64,000 nucleotides of DNA from assembly GCF_006345805.1 (NCBI RefSeq), contig NC_043023.1, positions 12,648,001 to 12,712,000 of the forward strand, in the 5' to 3' direction. Below the pieces are notes generated by a model, which worked only from the letters and a program-made list of their open reading frames with translations, was not told the origin of the DNA and made no database searches. The position numbers were made by a program, and so were the translations under genes. Shown here one piece after another: positions 31,501-44,186 of this stretch. Numbering within the stretch: position 1 is the stretch's first letter; every line of letters starts with the position of its first letter. Origin of the DNA: Octopus sinensis (Eukaryota).

Positions 31501-31589
31501 ACTTTGGTTTCTGAAGATGATTGTGCTGGATTTTTGAGGAATTTGTTATGAGAGAATAAAGGAATGGGAATAAGGAATAAAAGTTTTAA

Positions 31590-31950
31590 GTGACATTGAT
31601 TTTGTCTTTGTTGTGTTTTCATCATTATCATCCTCATCCTTCTTCTTCTTGTTCTCCGCCTCATCCTCCCTCTTTTTCTTTTTCTTCTTCTTCTCCTCCT
31701 CCTCCTTCTCCTCCTTCTCCGTCTTCTTCATCTTCTCCTCCTTTTTCTTCTTCTTCTTCTTCTTCTCCTTCTTCTTTTTCTTCTTCTTCATTGATTTTGT
31801 CTTTGTTGTGTTTTCTTCCTCATCATCATCCTCATCTTTCTTCTTCTTCTTCTCCTCCTCATCCTCCTTCTTTTTCTTTTTCATCTTCTTCTTCTTCTCC
31901 TTCTTCTCCTCCTCCATCTTCTCCTTCTTCTTCTTTTTCTTCTTCTTCAG
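31590..31950. repeat. (TTC/TCC)n polypyrimidine low-complexity tract with an internal duplication (shorter paralog at 54115-54300)
   Basis: Nearly pure C/T on the + strand. TTGATTTTGTCTTTGTTGTGTTTTC occurs twice here and once in the paralog. Confidence 0.9.
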
Positions 31951-33780
31951 TGTCCATTTCCTTTGCATGCCTGGGTGGGAAATTGTGACCTGAGCTGGCA
32001 AGCCAGAGTGCTGCTCCAGGTTCCGCTCAGATTTTGCTTGCTTTCTTTGGCTGTATGCCCTTAGGATGTCCATTGAGGTGAAAAACATTCTGTGCCTTAT
32101 GAATATGTCCCTTGTTTAAGAAACAGATTGGGTTTATTTACATTTGTGAAGAAAAAAAGATAGCCTTGCCCCCACCCTTAAACCTAAAACAGATTGAAAT
32201 GCAATAGATCGATACTAGGGTCATAATTATGGGTGAAAATTTCAACAGATCAATGACGTCTATTGAGGTGAAAACATTCTGTGCCTTATGAATATGTCCC
32301 TTGTTTAAGAAACAGATTGGGTTTATTTACATTTGTGAAGAAAAAAAGATAGCCTTCCCCCCACCCCTAACCCTAAAACAGATTGAAATGCAATAGATCG
32401 ATACTAGGGTCATAATTATGGGTGACAATTTCATATGACACTGCAAGAAAAAACTGCCGTTCAAACCGAAAAGATCCGAATGTGTGAGTACACTTTATTG
32501 AAAGAATCTTGTAAAAATTTGAAAACCCTTGAAAGTGAAGTTCTTGACAGAAAGGGACAAAGAGGAAACTACAACGAATCCCACCAGTCAGTAGAGCCAC
32601 CTATTGGAGAACTGAAAGAAGACAATCATGTAAAGGGAAATAACTTCTGCTACATTTCAACCCCGGTTCAACATTTAAATTATTAATTAAGGTGCTTAAT
32701 TACTGATTCACTGACTCGTTGCTTATTTGTGAATACGGTAAGTTGATAAAGATTAACTTTAAGGCTGTAAAGGTGATAATACTACTACTACTACTACTAA
32801 TAATAATAATAATGTGAATAATAGAATTCTGTGAACCTCTTTATGTTACAGTAATTACTTTTCGAAGCGGGAACCTGACAACAATTAAGAAAATGTGTCG
32901 GTAGCACGTTAAAAGCACCAACTGATCGTGGCCGATGCCGGACTCCCCTGGCACCTGTGCAGGTGGCACATAATAAGCACCCAATACACTTCTGGAGTGG
33001 TTGGCGTTAGGAAGGGCATCCAGCTGTAGAAACACTGCCAGATCATACTGAGACAACTTACAAATTACAATTTTCTCAAGAAAGCCAAGAGAAAAAATGT
33101 TTTATTTTGACACATTCTCCCAGTAAACGAAATTTTAAAGTGTTTAGTTAACTAGAAATTGTGTTGAAAACTGCCGTTCAAAAGGAAAAGATCCCTCAAC
33201 AATGCTATTGATGAACGAAATATTGTGAAGCATTTTGTCTGGCATGCTAGTGACCCTGCCAGTAAATAATGGGATTATGTGAACCCTTCAATGTTAAAGT
33301 AATCATATAGAAGTGAAAACGGATCTTTTCGGTTTGAACGGCAGTTTTTTCTAGTGGTGCCATATGAAATTGTCACCCATAATTACGACCCTGGTATCAA
33401 TCTATTGCATTTCAATCTGTTTTAGGGGAAGGGTATATTTTTTTTTTCACAAACATAAATAAACCAAATCTGTTTCTTAAACGAGGGACATATTCATACG
33501 GCACAGAATGTTTTTTTTACCTCAATAAACGTCAGTGATTGGTTGAAATTGCAGAAATTGAAGAAAAAAAACAACAAATATCTTACAAACCGTTGAATTT
33601 TCTCAATAAAGCCAAGAGAAACAGATGTTTTATAAACACATTCTACCAGTATACGAAGTTTAAAAGTGTTTAGTTACGTGGAAATTATTTTTAAAAACTG
33701 CCGGTCAAACCGAAAAGATCCCCAAGAGGTATCCAAGCATTGTTCTTTAGATGAGAGAGAAGTGTGAAGGAAGGACAATG

Positions 33781-33856
33781 ATTGGACAGGAGAGAAAATG
33801 ACGTCAGAAACGGATGGAAAGTGCAACGGCCTGACGTCACATCAGGAAGATATAAG
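33781..33856 (+). promoter_or_regulatory. Promoter copy upstream of ZF5; ETS site altered
   Basis: ATTGG 33781, CRE 33799 and 33832. CGGATGGAAAGTGC replaces CGGATCGGAAGTGC. Confidence 0.7.
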
Positions 33857-36563
33857 TCAAAGATGCCTTCTTTCTTTCGGTGTCTGCGACGGGGTCCAGT
33901 TCGTGCGCTGGAAACGGTCGTAGATTAGAATATGTGAGTGTATATATTCTATATTACCTTGAAGGTAAAATCGTTGACAGAATGGGACAAAGAAGACACA
34001 GGAACGAAACGAACCAGTCATAGAAAATTGAAGAACTATAACCATATAAAGGGATATAACTTTCCTTAATTAATTAATTAAGGTGCTTAATTAACGATCG
34101 TTGACTCGTTGTTTGTATCTGAATACGGTAAGTTGACAACGATTTATTTTAAGGCTGTAATGATGATGATAATACCAATAATAATAAGGTACTACTAGCG
34201 AACAGTGGTCCCGGTGCGTGCACTCGCGTATCCGCGCTTGCTAGTCGTAAGTAGTCGAATCTACAATTTTGAAAACTAAGTAAATACATTATTTTTGTAA
34301 ACAAACTAAGGTTAGGTTTAAAAAGTCGTTGTAGGATCGACTACATACGACTAGCTAGCGCGAGTGCGCGCACCGGGGCCACTGTTCGCTTGTAGTACCG
34401 CGCGCCTCTCCAAGATAATGACGCTTACTTGAGAGAAAAAGTTAGGAAATGGGAAATATATCCAGAATACATAAAGTATGGAGAAAATTAGAAAGATTGA
34501 TCTATTTTTTAAATATTTTATGCTAAAAAATAAAATACGGAGAACGGGCACTCGCGAATATAAACAAACATATAAGGGTACTATTTAAGAAGAGAGGTCC
34601 CGGTGGGCGCGCTAGCTAGTCGTGACTAGTCGATCCTTACTTTGTATGTTTGTTTTAAAAAAATTATTTTCTTTGTTTGAAAAAATGAGCGTAACTTCGG
34701 TATAGGTACCGGAAGTACCAGATACATTTCAAGAAAGTGTCTTTTTTATACATATATGGGGGGGGGGTTATGGTTAAGGTTTGTGTTAGGGGTCGGAGAA
34801 AAGGGTTTCTGTTATCTTCAGAAATGTAAACAAAGCCACTCACGGTATCTATACCGAAGGATCGCCAAAAATTATTTATTTTGTGTTTTAATTACTTTGG
34901 TAGGTAGTCGTTGTAGGATCGACTAGTCACGACTCTTTTTAAATAGTACCGGAGAAAATTAGAACGATTAATCTATTTTTTAACTATTTTACACTAAAAA
35001 ATAAAATACGCAGAACGGGCACTCGCGAATATAAACAAACATGTATGTACGTATACGTATGTATTTATGCATATATATGTATTATTATGTATACATATAT
35101 GTGTGTGTGTAAGGGTGAAAGAAATTGAATATTAATTAATAACATCAATTTCGTATGGATTTTGGCGTTTGGTTCAGCAAATTATGTTTTTGATATACTC
35201 TACCGATGATTCGAAAATGATTTGTAAGTAAAATTACACAATCTATTAACGATGAAACAATTGTATAGAGTTAATCCATTTTTTCGTTATTTTTCATTTG
35301 TCCTGCCCCCTTACATTCTTGGCGTGTTGAATTAATGCTTGAGAACAATTCTTTAGTGGTGGATTCCCTTTGCGGATCTATTTCTAGCGTTAGAGTGACC
35401 ACATGTGGTCCTTCTCTTATTACTTGTATGTATATGTTTGTGTGTGTGTATACAAATATATTTGTAGTGAATCTTGCACGCATGAAGTAGATTGGATCCA
35501 CCATAGCCAAAATTTTAATTAACCCTTCACCAAAATTTTTCATATGGCAGAACAATAGAGAAATCTCAATACAGAATGTTGTAAAAGTTTCAATGCCTCA
35601 ATGGATTCTGACCCCTGCAAACATAGACATTAAATGGACGACAGTGTTGATGTTGTAAGATTTGCAATGTTGAATTACTATGTCGTTTAATGATTCTCTT
35701 TATCTCACTGCTTCTTTTTTTTTCTATTTCAGAATATAACATCCTGTTGATATGAAAGAAATTACTTCATTCAGATGTGCCTCTGATATTCTATAAGCTC
35801 CCATCAACCAAAGGAAGATGATATATTTATAAGGAGCATTCATCAATACATCAAACTCATCTCATAAAGGAAATCTGTGAAAAACAACAGCAAAATATTT
35901 CTTCTGGACGATGGAATTAACAGCAACAATTTGAAGTCTTTGCTGTCTGGAATATAGAGGAGATGATTGTTTTACAGGTTAATTAAGCTTGGATAACTTT
36001 ACAAAGGGGCAGGCAATTGTCACCTCTTGATTTAGATATTAAGCAAGATCACAGATGAAAGAAGCATAGCATTAAATTATTCTCTGAAAATAGCAACACA
36101 AATATATTCATAGAAATGAATTTTTTTCCTATTTCAGAATATCATACCATGTTGATTTAAAAGAAATTTCTTCATTCAGATGTGTGTCTGATATTTTGAT
36201 TGACTTTCATCAATTAAAGGAAGACCATATATTCATAAGACACATTCATCAAAAGTTCAGCCTCTTTATATAAATAAAATCTTTGATGAATGATGGGGAA
36301 GTATTTCTTCTGGATGATGGAGTTAAGAGCAACATGTTTTTTGCCATCTGGAATGTAGAGATGATGATGAACCTACAGGTTAAGTTTGAGTAACTTTACA
36401 AAAGAGTTAACCAATTTATATCTTCTGTTTTAGATATTAAGCAAGATCACCAATGAAAGTAACATAACGTTTAATTATTCTCTGATGCATTTGAACACAA
36501 ACATTCATAGAAATGAAACAGATACTATCATTGTGATATGTATAACGAAATTATTCTCTCATA

Positions 36564-37448
36564 ATGAATAATTCAACTAAAGCAAAAATCTCTGATAAAA
36601 GAGAGAAGCCATATCACTGTGATATCTGTGGTAAGTCATTCTCTAAAAGTGGCAACTTAACTAGTCACAAACGTGTTCATACAGGAGAGAAACCATATCA
36701 GTGTGATATCTGTGGTAAATCATTTTCTCGAAGTGCTGACTTACCTAAACACAAATGTACTCATACAGGAGAGAAACCATATCAGTGTGATATCTGTGGT
36801 AAATCATTTACTAGAAATAGTACTTTGACTAGTCATATACGTATTCATACTGGGGAAAAACCATATCAGTGTGATATCTGTGGCAAATCCTTTTCTGAGC
36901 CTTCTTCTTTAAAAGGGCACAAACGTATTCATACAGGTGAGCAGCCATATCATTGCGATATCTGTGGTGTATCATTCTCTGAAAATAGCCATTTAACCAG
37001 ACACCTACGTATTCATACTGGGGAAAAACCATATCAATGTGATATCTGTGGTGCATCATTCTCTGAAAATAGCCCTTTAACCAGACACCTACGTATTCAT
37101 ACAGGAGAGAAGACATATTGTTGTAATATCTGTGGTAAATCATTTTCTCAGCCCTCTACTTTAAAAGGGCACAAACGTATTCATACGGGTGAGAAGCCAT
37201 ATCGGTGTGATATCTGTGGTAAATCATTTTCTCAGCCCTCTACTTTAAAAGGGCACAAACGTATTCATACAGGTGAGAAGCCATATCAATGTGATATCTG
37301 TGGTGAATCATTCTCTTACAGTAGTGACTTACCTAAACATAAACGTATTCATATTGGGGAAAAACCATATCATTGTGATATTTGTGGTGAGTCATTCTCT
37401 CAAAAACGCCACTTAAGTACACATATGAGTATTCATACACAGGTGTAA
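36564..37448 (+). CDS. Intact C2H2 zinc-finger protein (ZF5), 294 aa, 10 fingers, no recognisable effector domain
   Basis: Uninterrupted ORF with ten CxxC-x12-HxxxH units and TGEKPY linkers. Confidence 0.88.
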   Translation: MNNSTKAKISDKREKPYHCDICGKSFSKSGNLTSHKRVHTGEKPYQCDICGKSFSRSADLPKHKCTHTGEKPYQCDICGKSFTRNSTLTSHIRIHTGEKPYQCDICGKSFSEPSSLKGHKRIHTGEQPYHCDICGVSFSENSHLTRHLRIHTGEKPYQCDICGASFSENSPLTRHLRIHTGEKTYCCNICGKSFSQPSTLKGHKRIHTGEKPYRCDICGKSFSQPSTLKGHKRIHTGEKPYQCDICGESFSYSSDLPKHKRIHIGEKPYHCDICGESFSQKRHLSTHMSIHTQV

Positions 37449-40400
37449 TCGTATCAATATCAAAATTTATTACAACCCGGCAGGACAAGTGAGACCATAA
37501 CCCATGGCCTCTACATAGAATGTAGCCAGTCCACTTATGCATACCTTTCCTTCTTGGGACACAAAACTCTACTTGTGAATACCTGTTGAGGGAAGGGAGA
37601 ATCAGAATCAAAATCGAAATAAATCAACATTAATGGAAATTGTAGCTGTGATACCAGTGCTGGTGGCACGTAAAAAGCAACATTAGAACGTGGCCGTTGC
37701 CAGCACCGTCCCAACTGGCTTCCGGGCCGGTGGCACGTAAGAAGCACCAACCGATCGTGGCCGCTGCCAGCCTCTCCTGGCCCTTGTGCCCGTGGCACGT
37801 AAAAAGCATCCACTACATTCACAGAGTGGTTGGCGTTTAGGAAGGGCATCCAGCTGTAGAAACACTGCCAGATCAGACTGCAACCTGGTGCAGCCTCCTG
37901 GCTTCCCAGACCCCAGTCAACCGTCCAACCCATGCTAGCAGGGAAAACAGATGTTATACAATGATGATGAGGAGGATTCTCTATTGTTTCCTGTGACAGA
38001 CAGCTGTTCTTTTGTGTACTGGACATTTTCAATGTTTTGTTATTAAACATTTTGTAAAAATAAAATTCTTTGTGCATGCTTATTCTCTCTTTCTCTTTCT
38101 CTTTTACTTGTTTCAGTCGTTTGACTGTGGCCATGCTGGAGCGCCGCCTTTAATGCAGCATCTCGAACCCGGGACTTATTCTTTTGTAAGCCGAGTACTT
38201 ATTCTATCGGTCTCTTTTGCCGAACTGCTAAGTGACGGGGACATAGACAAACCAGCATCGATTGTCAAGCAATGCTAAGGGGACAAACACAAACACATGC
38301 ATATATATACATCTATACAACAGGCTTCTTTCAGTTTCCGTCTATCAAATCCACTCACAAGGCTTTGGTCGGCATGAGGCTATAGTAGATACTTACCCAA
38401 GGTGCCACGCAGTGGGACTGAACCTGGAACCATGTGGTTGGTAAGCAAGCTACTTAGCACACAGCCACTCCTGCGCCTATATCTATATTGTGATTACATT
38501 TTCTTTTGTGTTGACATATTTTCTGCCACATCTTCTGGGTAATCGGTAGCCATCTTATTTCTGGTGCCACTACAATCTTTCTATTTTCATGCTCCGCTCT
38601 CAAGGGGCAACCTTATAGTGACGTTTGGTCCCAGACACCATTTTAGGATTTTCATCCACGCATGCGCAGGGGTAAGAGCCTGCCGGAAGCCCCTTATGCA
38701 CATGTGCAGTCATCAGCATCAGCTAGGCTTCACCGCTGTCCTCTCTCTCTCCCTCTTCGCCCCTGCTTCCAACCAAGCCGGACGCAACTTGACCAGCTCC
38801 GTGTGGCTGGAATTCTGAAGGCGATCCATGACTTCGGCGAATCTGTGAAGTATGCCTTCACAATCGTGATTAAAGTGTCTCTGCTGCTTCCGCACGAAGG
38901 CGACCTAGCTACTGATTGTCCAGAGATGTAACGCTTGTACAGACAGAACAATAAATATTGTTTTTTGTTCAGAGATCCTTGTTCTATTGATTTTTTAATG
39001 GCTTTGCGGGGTGACTGGGGTAATGTAAAGATGTGCACGACCACCCTTGGACGGTTTTGAATGACCATAGAAAGTGCGAGCCCTCTAACTGAAAAATTGT
39101 GGATTTGTATAAAGGACAGGCACACACAGACAGACATTTGGCCATTTATATATAGAGAGATGTTGATGTAATTCAGCCTAAGGAGACATCTACAGCTGGC
39201 TTCACGACATGATCTGTTTATATTCGCGAGTGCCCGTTCTCCATATTTTATTTGTTAGTATAAAATACTTTTAAAAATGGAAGACTTAGCAAGACCAGTG
39301 AGAACAGTCAAAATCAAAATCAAAGCAAATCAATTCATATATCAGAAAGCAGAACCAAATTGAGGTCGATCAACATCAGTGGGAAGTGCAGCTGTGGTTA
39401 AGCGAACCATCCGATCGTGGTCGTTTCCGGCGCCGCCCCGTCTATCCTCCGTGTCGGTGACACGTAAAAGCACCATCCGTTCATGGCCGTTTGCCAGCTC
39501 TGTCTGGCCTCCGTGTCGGTAACACATAAAAGCACCATCCGTTTGTGGCCGTTTGCTAGCTCTGTCTGGCCACCGTGTCGGTGGCACGTAAAAGCACCAT
39601 CCGTTCATGACCGTCTGCCAGCTCTTTCTGGCACCTGTGCGGGTGGCACGTAAAAAGCACCCACTACAGTCACGGAGTGGTTGGCGTTAGGAAGGGCATC
39701 CAGATCTGAATGGGCTTGATGAAGCCAGCTAGATTCACAGACCCCAGTTGAACCGTCCAACACATGCTAGCATGGAAAGCGGACGCTAAATGATGATGAT
39801 GATGAATCTTCCTAATTTTCTGCAGATTTAAGAATTATCTTTTAAATCTGTAGGTCAAAAGGTAAAAATCCCAGCGCTTCTCTATTTCCTTTCGTAATTG
39901 TGCATTATGTTGGGAGCGGGGCCATCTTTTCCTTCCCCATTGTCATTGGAAGAATTAATCAACCTTCGAATATCGAACACACGACACTACATTCCATCCA
40001 CTGACGGTTCTCTCAAAGTAGCAACTTAATTATACATGAGAGAAAATAGATCACTGTGATCATCATCATCATCATCGTTTAACGTCCGATTTCCATTGTA
40101 GCATGGGTTGCACGATTTGATTGAGGACTGGCGAACCAAGTGGCAACACCAGGCTCCAATCTGATCTGGCAGAGTTACTACAGCTGGATGCCCTTCCTAA
40201 CACCAACCAGCTGTAGAAACTCTACCAGATCAGATTGGAGCCTGGTGCAGCCATCTGGTTCGACAACTGTTCTCTGGGAATAATGGGGATCATTTCGGTT
40301 TGAACAGCAGGTTTTAAAATTTCTAGGTAACTAAAAAAATTTTTAACTTCGTATACAGATAGAATGTATTTATAAAGCATCTTTTTCGTTGGCTCTATTG

Positions 40401-41059
40401 AGAAAATTCTGTAGTTTGTAACATATTTGTTGTTTTTATTTCTGCAATTCCAAGCAATCAATGACGTCTATTGAGGTAAAAAAAAAACATTATGTGCCTT
40501 ATGAATATGTCCCTCGTTTAAGAAACAGATTGGGTTTATTTACATTTTTGAAGAAAAAAAGATACACTTCCTCCACCCCTAACACTAACACTGATTGAAA
40601 TGCAATAGATCGATACTAGGGTCATAATTATGGGTGACAATTTCATATGACACCGCTACAAAAAACTGCCGGTCAAACCGAAAAGATCCTTTTCTTTTTA
40701 CACAAAGTAAATAATAAGGCGATGCTTCCATATATAAGTACGCACGTGACTTTGTTTACATTTGTGAAGATAACAGAAAGCCTTTTCTCCCCACTCATAA
40801 CCCTAACACGTGGAAATCATTTTAAAAAGCTGCCGTTCAAACCGAAAAGATCCCAAATAACTTCCACACTGTAGAATTTTCTCAATAAAGCCAAGAGAAA
40901 CAGATGTTTTATAAACACATTCTACCAGTATACGAAGTTTAAAAGTGTTTAGTTACGTGGAAATTATTTTCAAAAACTGCCGGTCAAACCGAAAAGATCC
41001 CCAAAAGGTATCCAAGCATTGTTCTTTAGTTGAGAGAGAAGTGTGAAGGAAGGACAATG

Positions 41060-41135
41060 ATTGGACAGGAGAGAAAATGACGTCAGAAACGGATCGGAAG
41101 TGCAACGGCCTGACGTCACATCAGGAAGATATAAG
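41060..41135 (+). promoter_or_regulatory. Promoter copy upstream of ZF6
   Basis: ATTGG 41060, CRE 41078 and 41111, ETS intact. Confidence 0.7.
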
Positions 41136-41865
41136 TCAAAGATGCCTTCTTTCTTTCGGTGTCTGCGACGGGGTCCAGTTCGTGCGCTGGAAACGGTCGT
41201 AGATTAGAATATGTGAGTGTATATATTCTATATTACCTTCAAGGTAAAATCGTTGACAGAATGGGACAAAGAAGACACCGGAACGAAACGAACCAGTCAT
41301 AGAAAATTGAAGAACTATAACCATATAAAGGGATATAACTTTCCTTAATTAATTAATTAAGGTGCTTAATTAACGATCGCTGACTCGTTGTTTGTATCTG
41401 AATACGGTAAGTTGACAAAGATTTATTTTAAGGCTGTAATGATGATGATGATAATACCAATAATAATAAGGTACTACAAGCGAACAGTGGTCCCGGTGCG
41501 AGCACTCGCGTATCCGCGCTGACTAGTCGTAAGTAGTCGAATCTACAATTTTTAAAACTAAGTAAATACATTATTTTTGTAAACAAACTAAGGTTAGGGT
41601 TAAAAAGTCGTAGGATCGACTACATACGACTAGCTTGCACGGATGCGTGAGTGCGCGCACCTGGACCAGTGTTCGCTAGTAGTACCGCGCACCTCTCCAA
41701 GATAATGACGCTTACTTGTGAGAAAAAGTTAGGAAATGGGAAATATATCCAGAATACATAAAGTATGGAGGAAATTATAAAGATTGATCTATTTTTTAAA
41801 TATTTTATACTAAAAAATAAAATACGGAGAACGGGCACTCGCGAATATAAACAAACATACAAGGG

Positions 41866-42141
41866 TGTAAGAGTTAGCAGTTCCTTCTCTAAGCTTGGAT
41901 TCGAAATCGAATCGAAGAATCATCGGTCGTCAAATACCAATGCATGAATCGGCGCGAAATTAAGAATCCCTTTGTTCTGACAGAAACTGATTGATCATCT
42001 CCCTTTGACCTCCGACCTGAGCAATGTCAGGATAAAGGGATTCTTAATTTCGCGCCTATAGATGCATTGGTATTTGACGTCCGACGATTCTTGGACTCGA
42101 TTTCGAATCCAAGCTTAGGGAAGGAAGTGCTAACTCTTACA
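41866..42141. mobile_element. 276-bp fold-back MITE (paralogous insertion)
   Basis: Same sequence, length and site as 16715-16990. Confidence 0.8.
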
Positions 42142-44186
42142 AGGGTACTATTTAAGAAGAGAGGTCCCGGTGCGCGCATCCGCAGTAGCTAGTCGTGACT
42201 AGTCGATCCTTACTTTGTATTTTTGTTTTATTTACTTTGTTTTAAAAAAATTATTTACTTTGTTTTAAAAAAATGAGCGTAACTTCGGTATAGGTACCGG
42301 AAGCACCAGATACATTTCAAGATAGTGTATTTTTTTCTTCTATATGGGGGGTTGTGGTTAAGGTTTGTGTTAGGGGTGGGAGAAAAGGGTTTCTGTTATC
42401 TTCAGAAATGTAAACAAAGCCACTCACGGTACCTATACCGAAGGATCACAAAAAAATTATTTACTTTGTGTAAAAAAAAATTATTTATTTTGTGTTTTAT
42501 TTACTTTGCTAGGTAGTCGTTGTAGGATCGACTAATCACGACTAACTATCGCGAGTGTGCGCACCGGGACCGCTCTTTTTAAATAGTACCGGAGAAAATT
42601 AGAACGATTAATCTATTTTTTTAACTATTTTACACTAAAAAATAAAATACGCAGAACGGGCACTCGCGAATATAAACAAACATGTATGTACGTATACGTA
42701 TGTATTTATGCATATATATGTACTATTATATATACATATATGTGTGTGTGTGTAAGGGTGAAAGAAATTGAATATTAATTAATAACATCAATTTCGTATG
42801 GATTTTGGCGTTTGGTTCAGCAAATTATGTTTTTGATATACTCTACCGATGATTCGAAAATGATTTGTAAGTAAAATTACACAATCTATTAATGATGAAA
42901 CAATTGTATAGAGTTAATCCATTTTTTCGTTATTTTTCATTTGTCCTGCCCGCTTACATTCTTGGCGTGTTGAATTAATGCTTGAGAACAATTCTTTAGT
43001 GGTGGATTCCCTTTGTGGATCTATTTCTAACGTTAGAGTGACCACATGTGGTCCCTCTCTTAATACTTGTATATATATATATATGTGTGTGTGTGTGTAT
43101 ACAAATATATTTGTAGTGAATCTTGCACGCATGAAGTAGATTGGATCCATCCTTGCCAAAATTTTAATTAACCCTTCACCAAAATTTTTCCCACAGCAGA
43201 ACAATAGAGAAATCTCTATAGAGAATGTTGTAAAAGTTTCAATGCCTCAATGGATTCTGACCCCTGCAAACATAGACATTAAATGGATGACAGTGTTGAT
43301 GTTGTAAGATTAATGATTCTCTTTATCTCACTGTTTCTTTTTTTTCCTATTTCAGAATATAACATCCTGTTGATATGAAAGAAATTACTTCATTCAGATG
43401 TGCCTCTGATATTTTATCAGCTCCCATAAACCAAAGGAAGATGATATATTTATAAGGAGCATTCATCAATACACCAAACTCATCTTATAAAGGAAATCTG
43501 TGAAAAACAACAGCAAAATATTTCTTCTGGACGATGGAATTAACAGCAACAATTTGAAGTCTTTGCTGTCTGGAATATAGAGGAGATGATTGTTTTACAG
43601 GTTAATTAAGCTTGGATAACTTTACAAAGGGGTAGACAATTGTCACCTCTTGATTTAGATATTAAGCAAAATCACAGATGAAAGAAGCATAGCATTAAAT
43701 TATTCTCTGAAAATAGCAACACAAATATATTCATAGAAATGAAATTTTTTCCTATTTCAGAATATCATACCATGTTGATTTGAAAGAAATTTCTTCATTC
43801 AGATGTGTGTCTGTTATTTTGATTGACTTTCATCAATTAAAGGAAGACCATATATTCATAAGGCACACTCATCAAAAGATAAGCTTCTTTATATAAATAA
43901 AATCTTTTACGAACGATGGGGAAATATTTCTTCTGGATGATGGAATTAAGAGCAACATTTTTTTTGTCATCTGGAATGTAGAGATGATGATGAACCTACA
44001 GGTTAAGTTTGAGTAACTTTACGAAAGAGTTAACCAATTTATATCTTCTGTTTTAGATATTAAGCAAGATCACCAATGAAAGTAACATAACATTTAATTA
44101 CTCTCTGATGCATTTGAACACAAACATTCATAGAAATGACACAGATACTATCATTGTGATATGTATAACGAAATTATTCTCTCATA

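Noticed and set aside
31546-32088. 180-aa poly-Lys/Glu ORF and the overlapping poly-Ser/Phe ORFs
   Set aside because: Translation of a (TTC/TCC)n tract whose length differs about two-fold from the paralog at 54115-54300.
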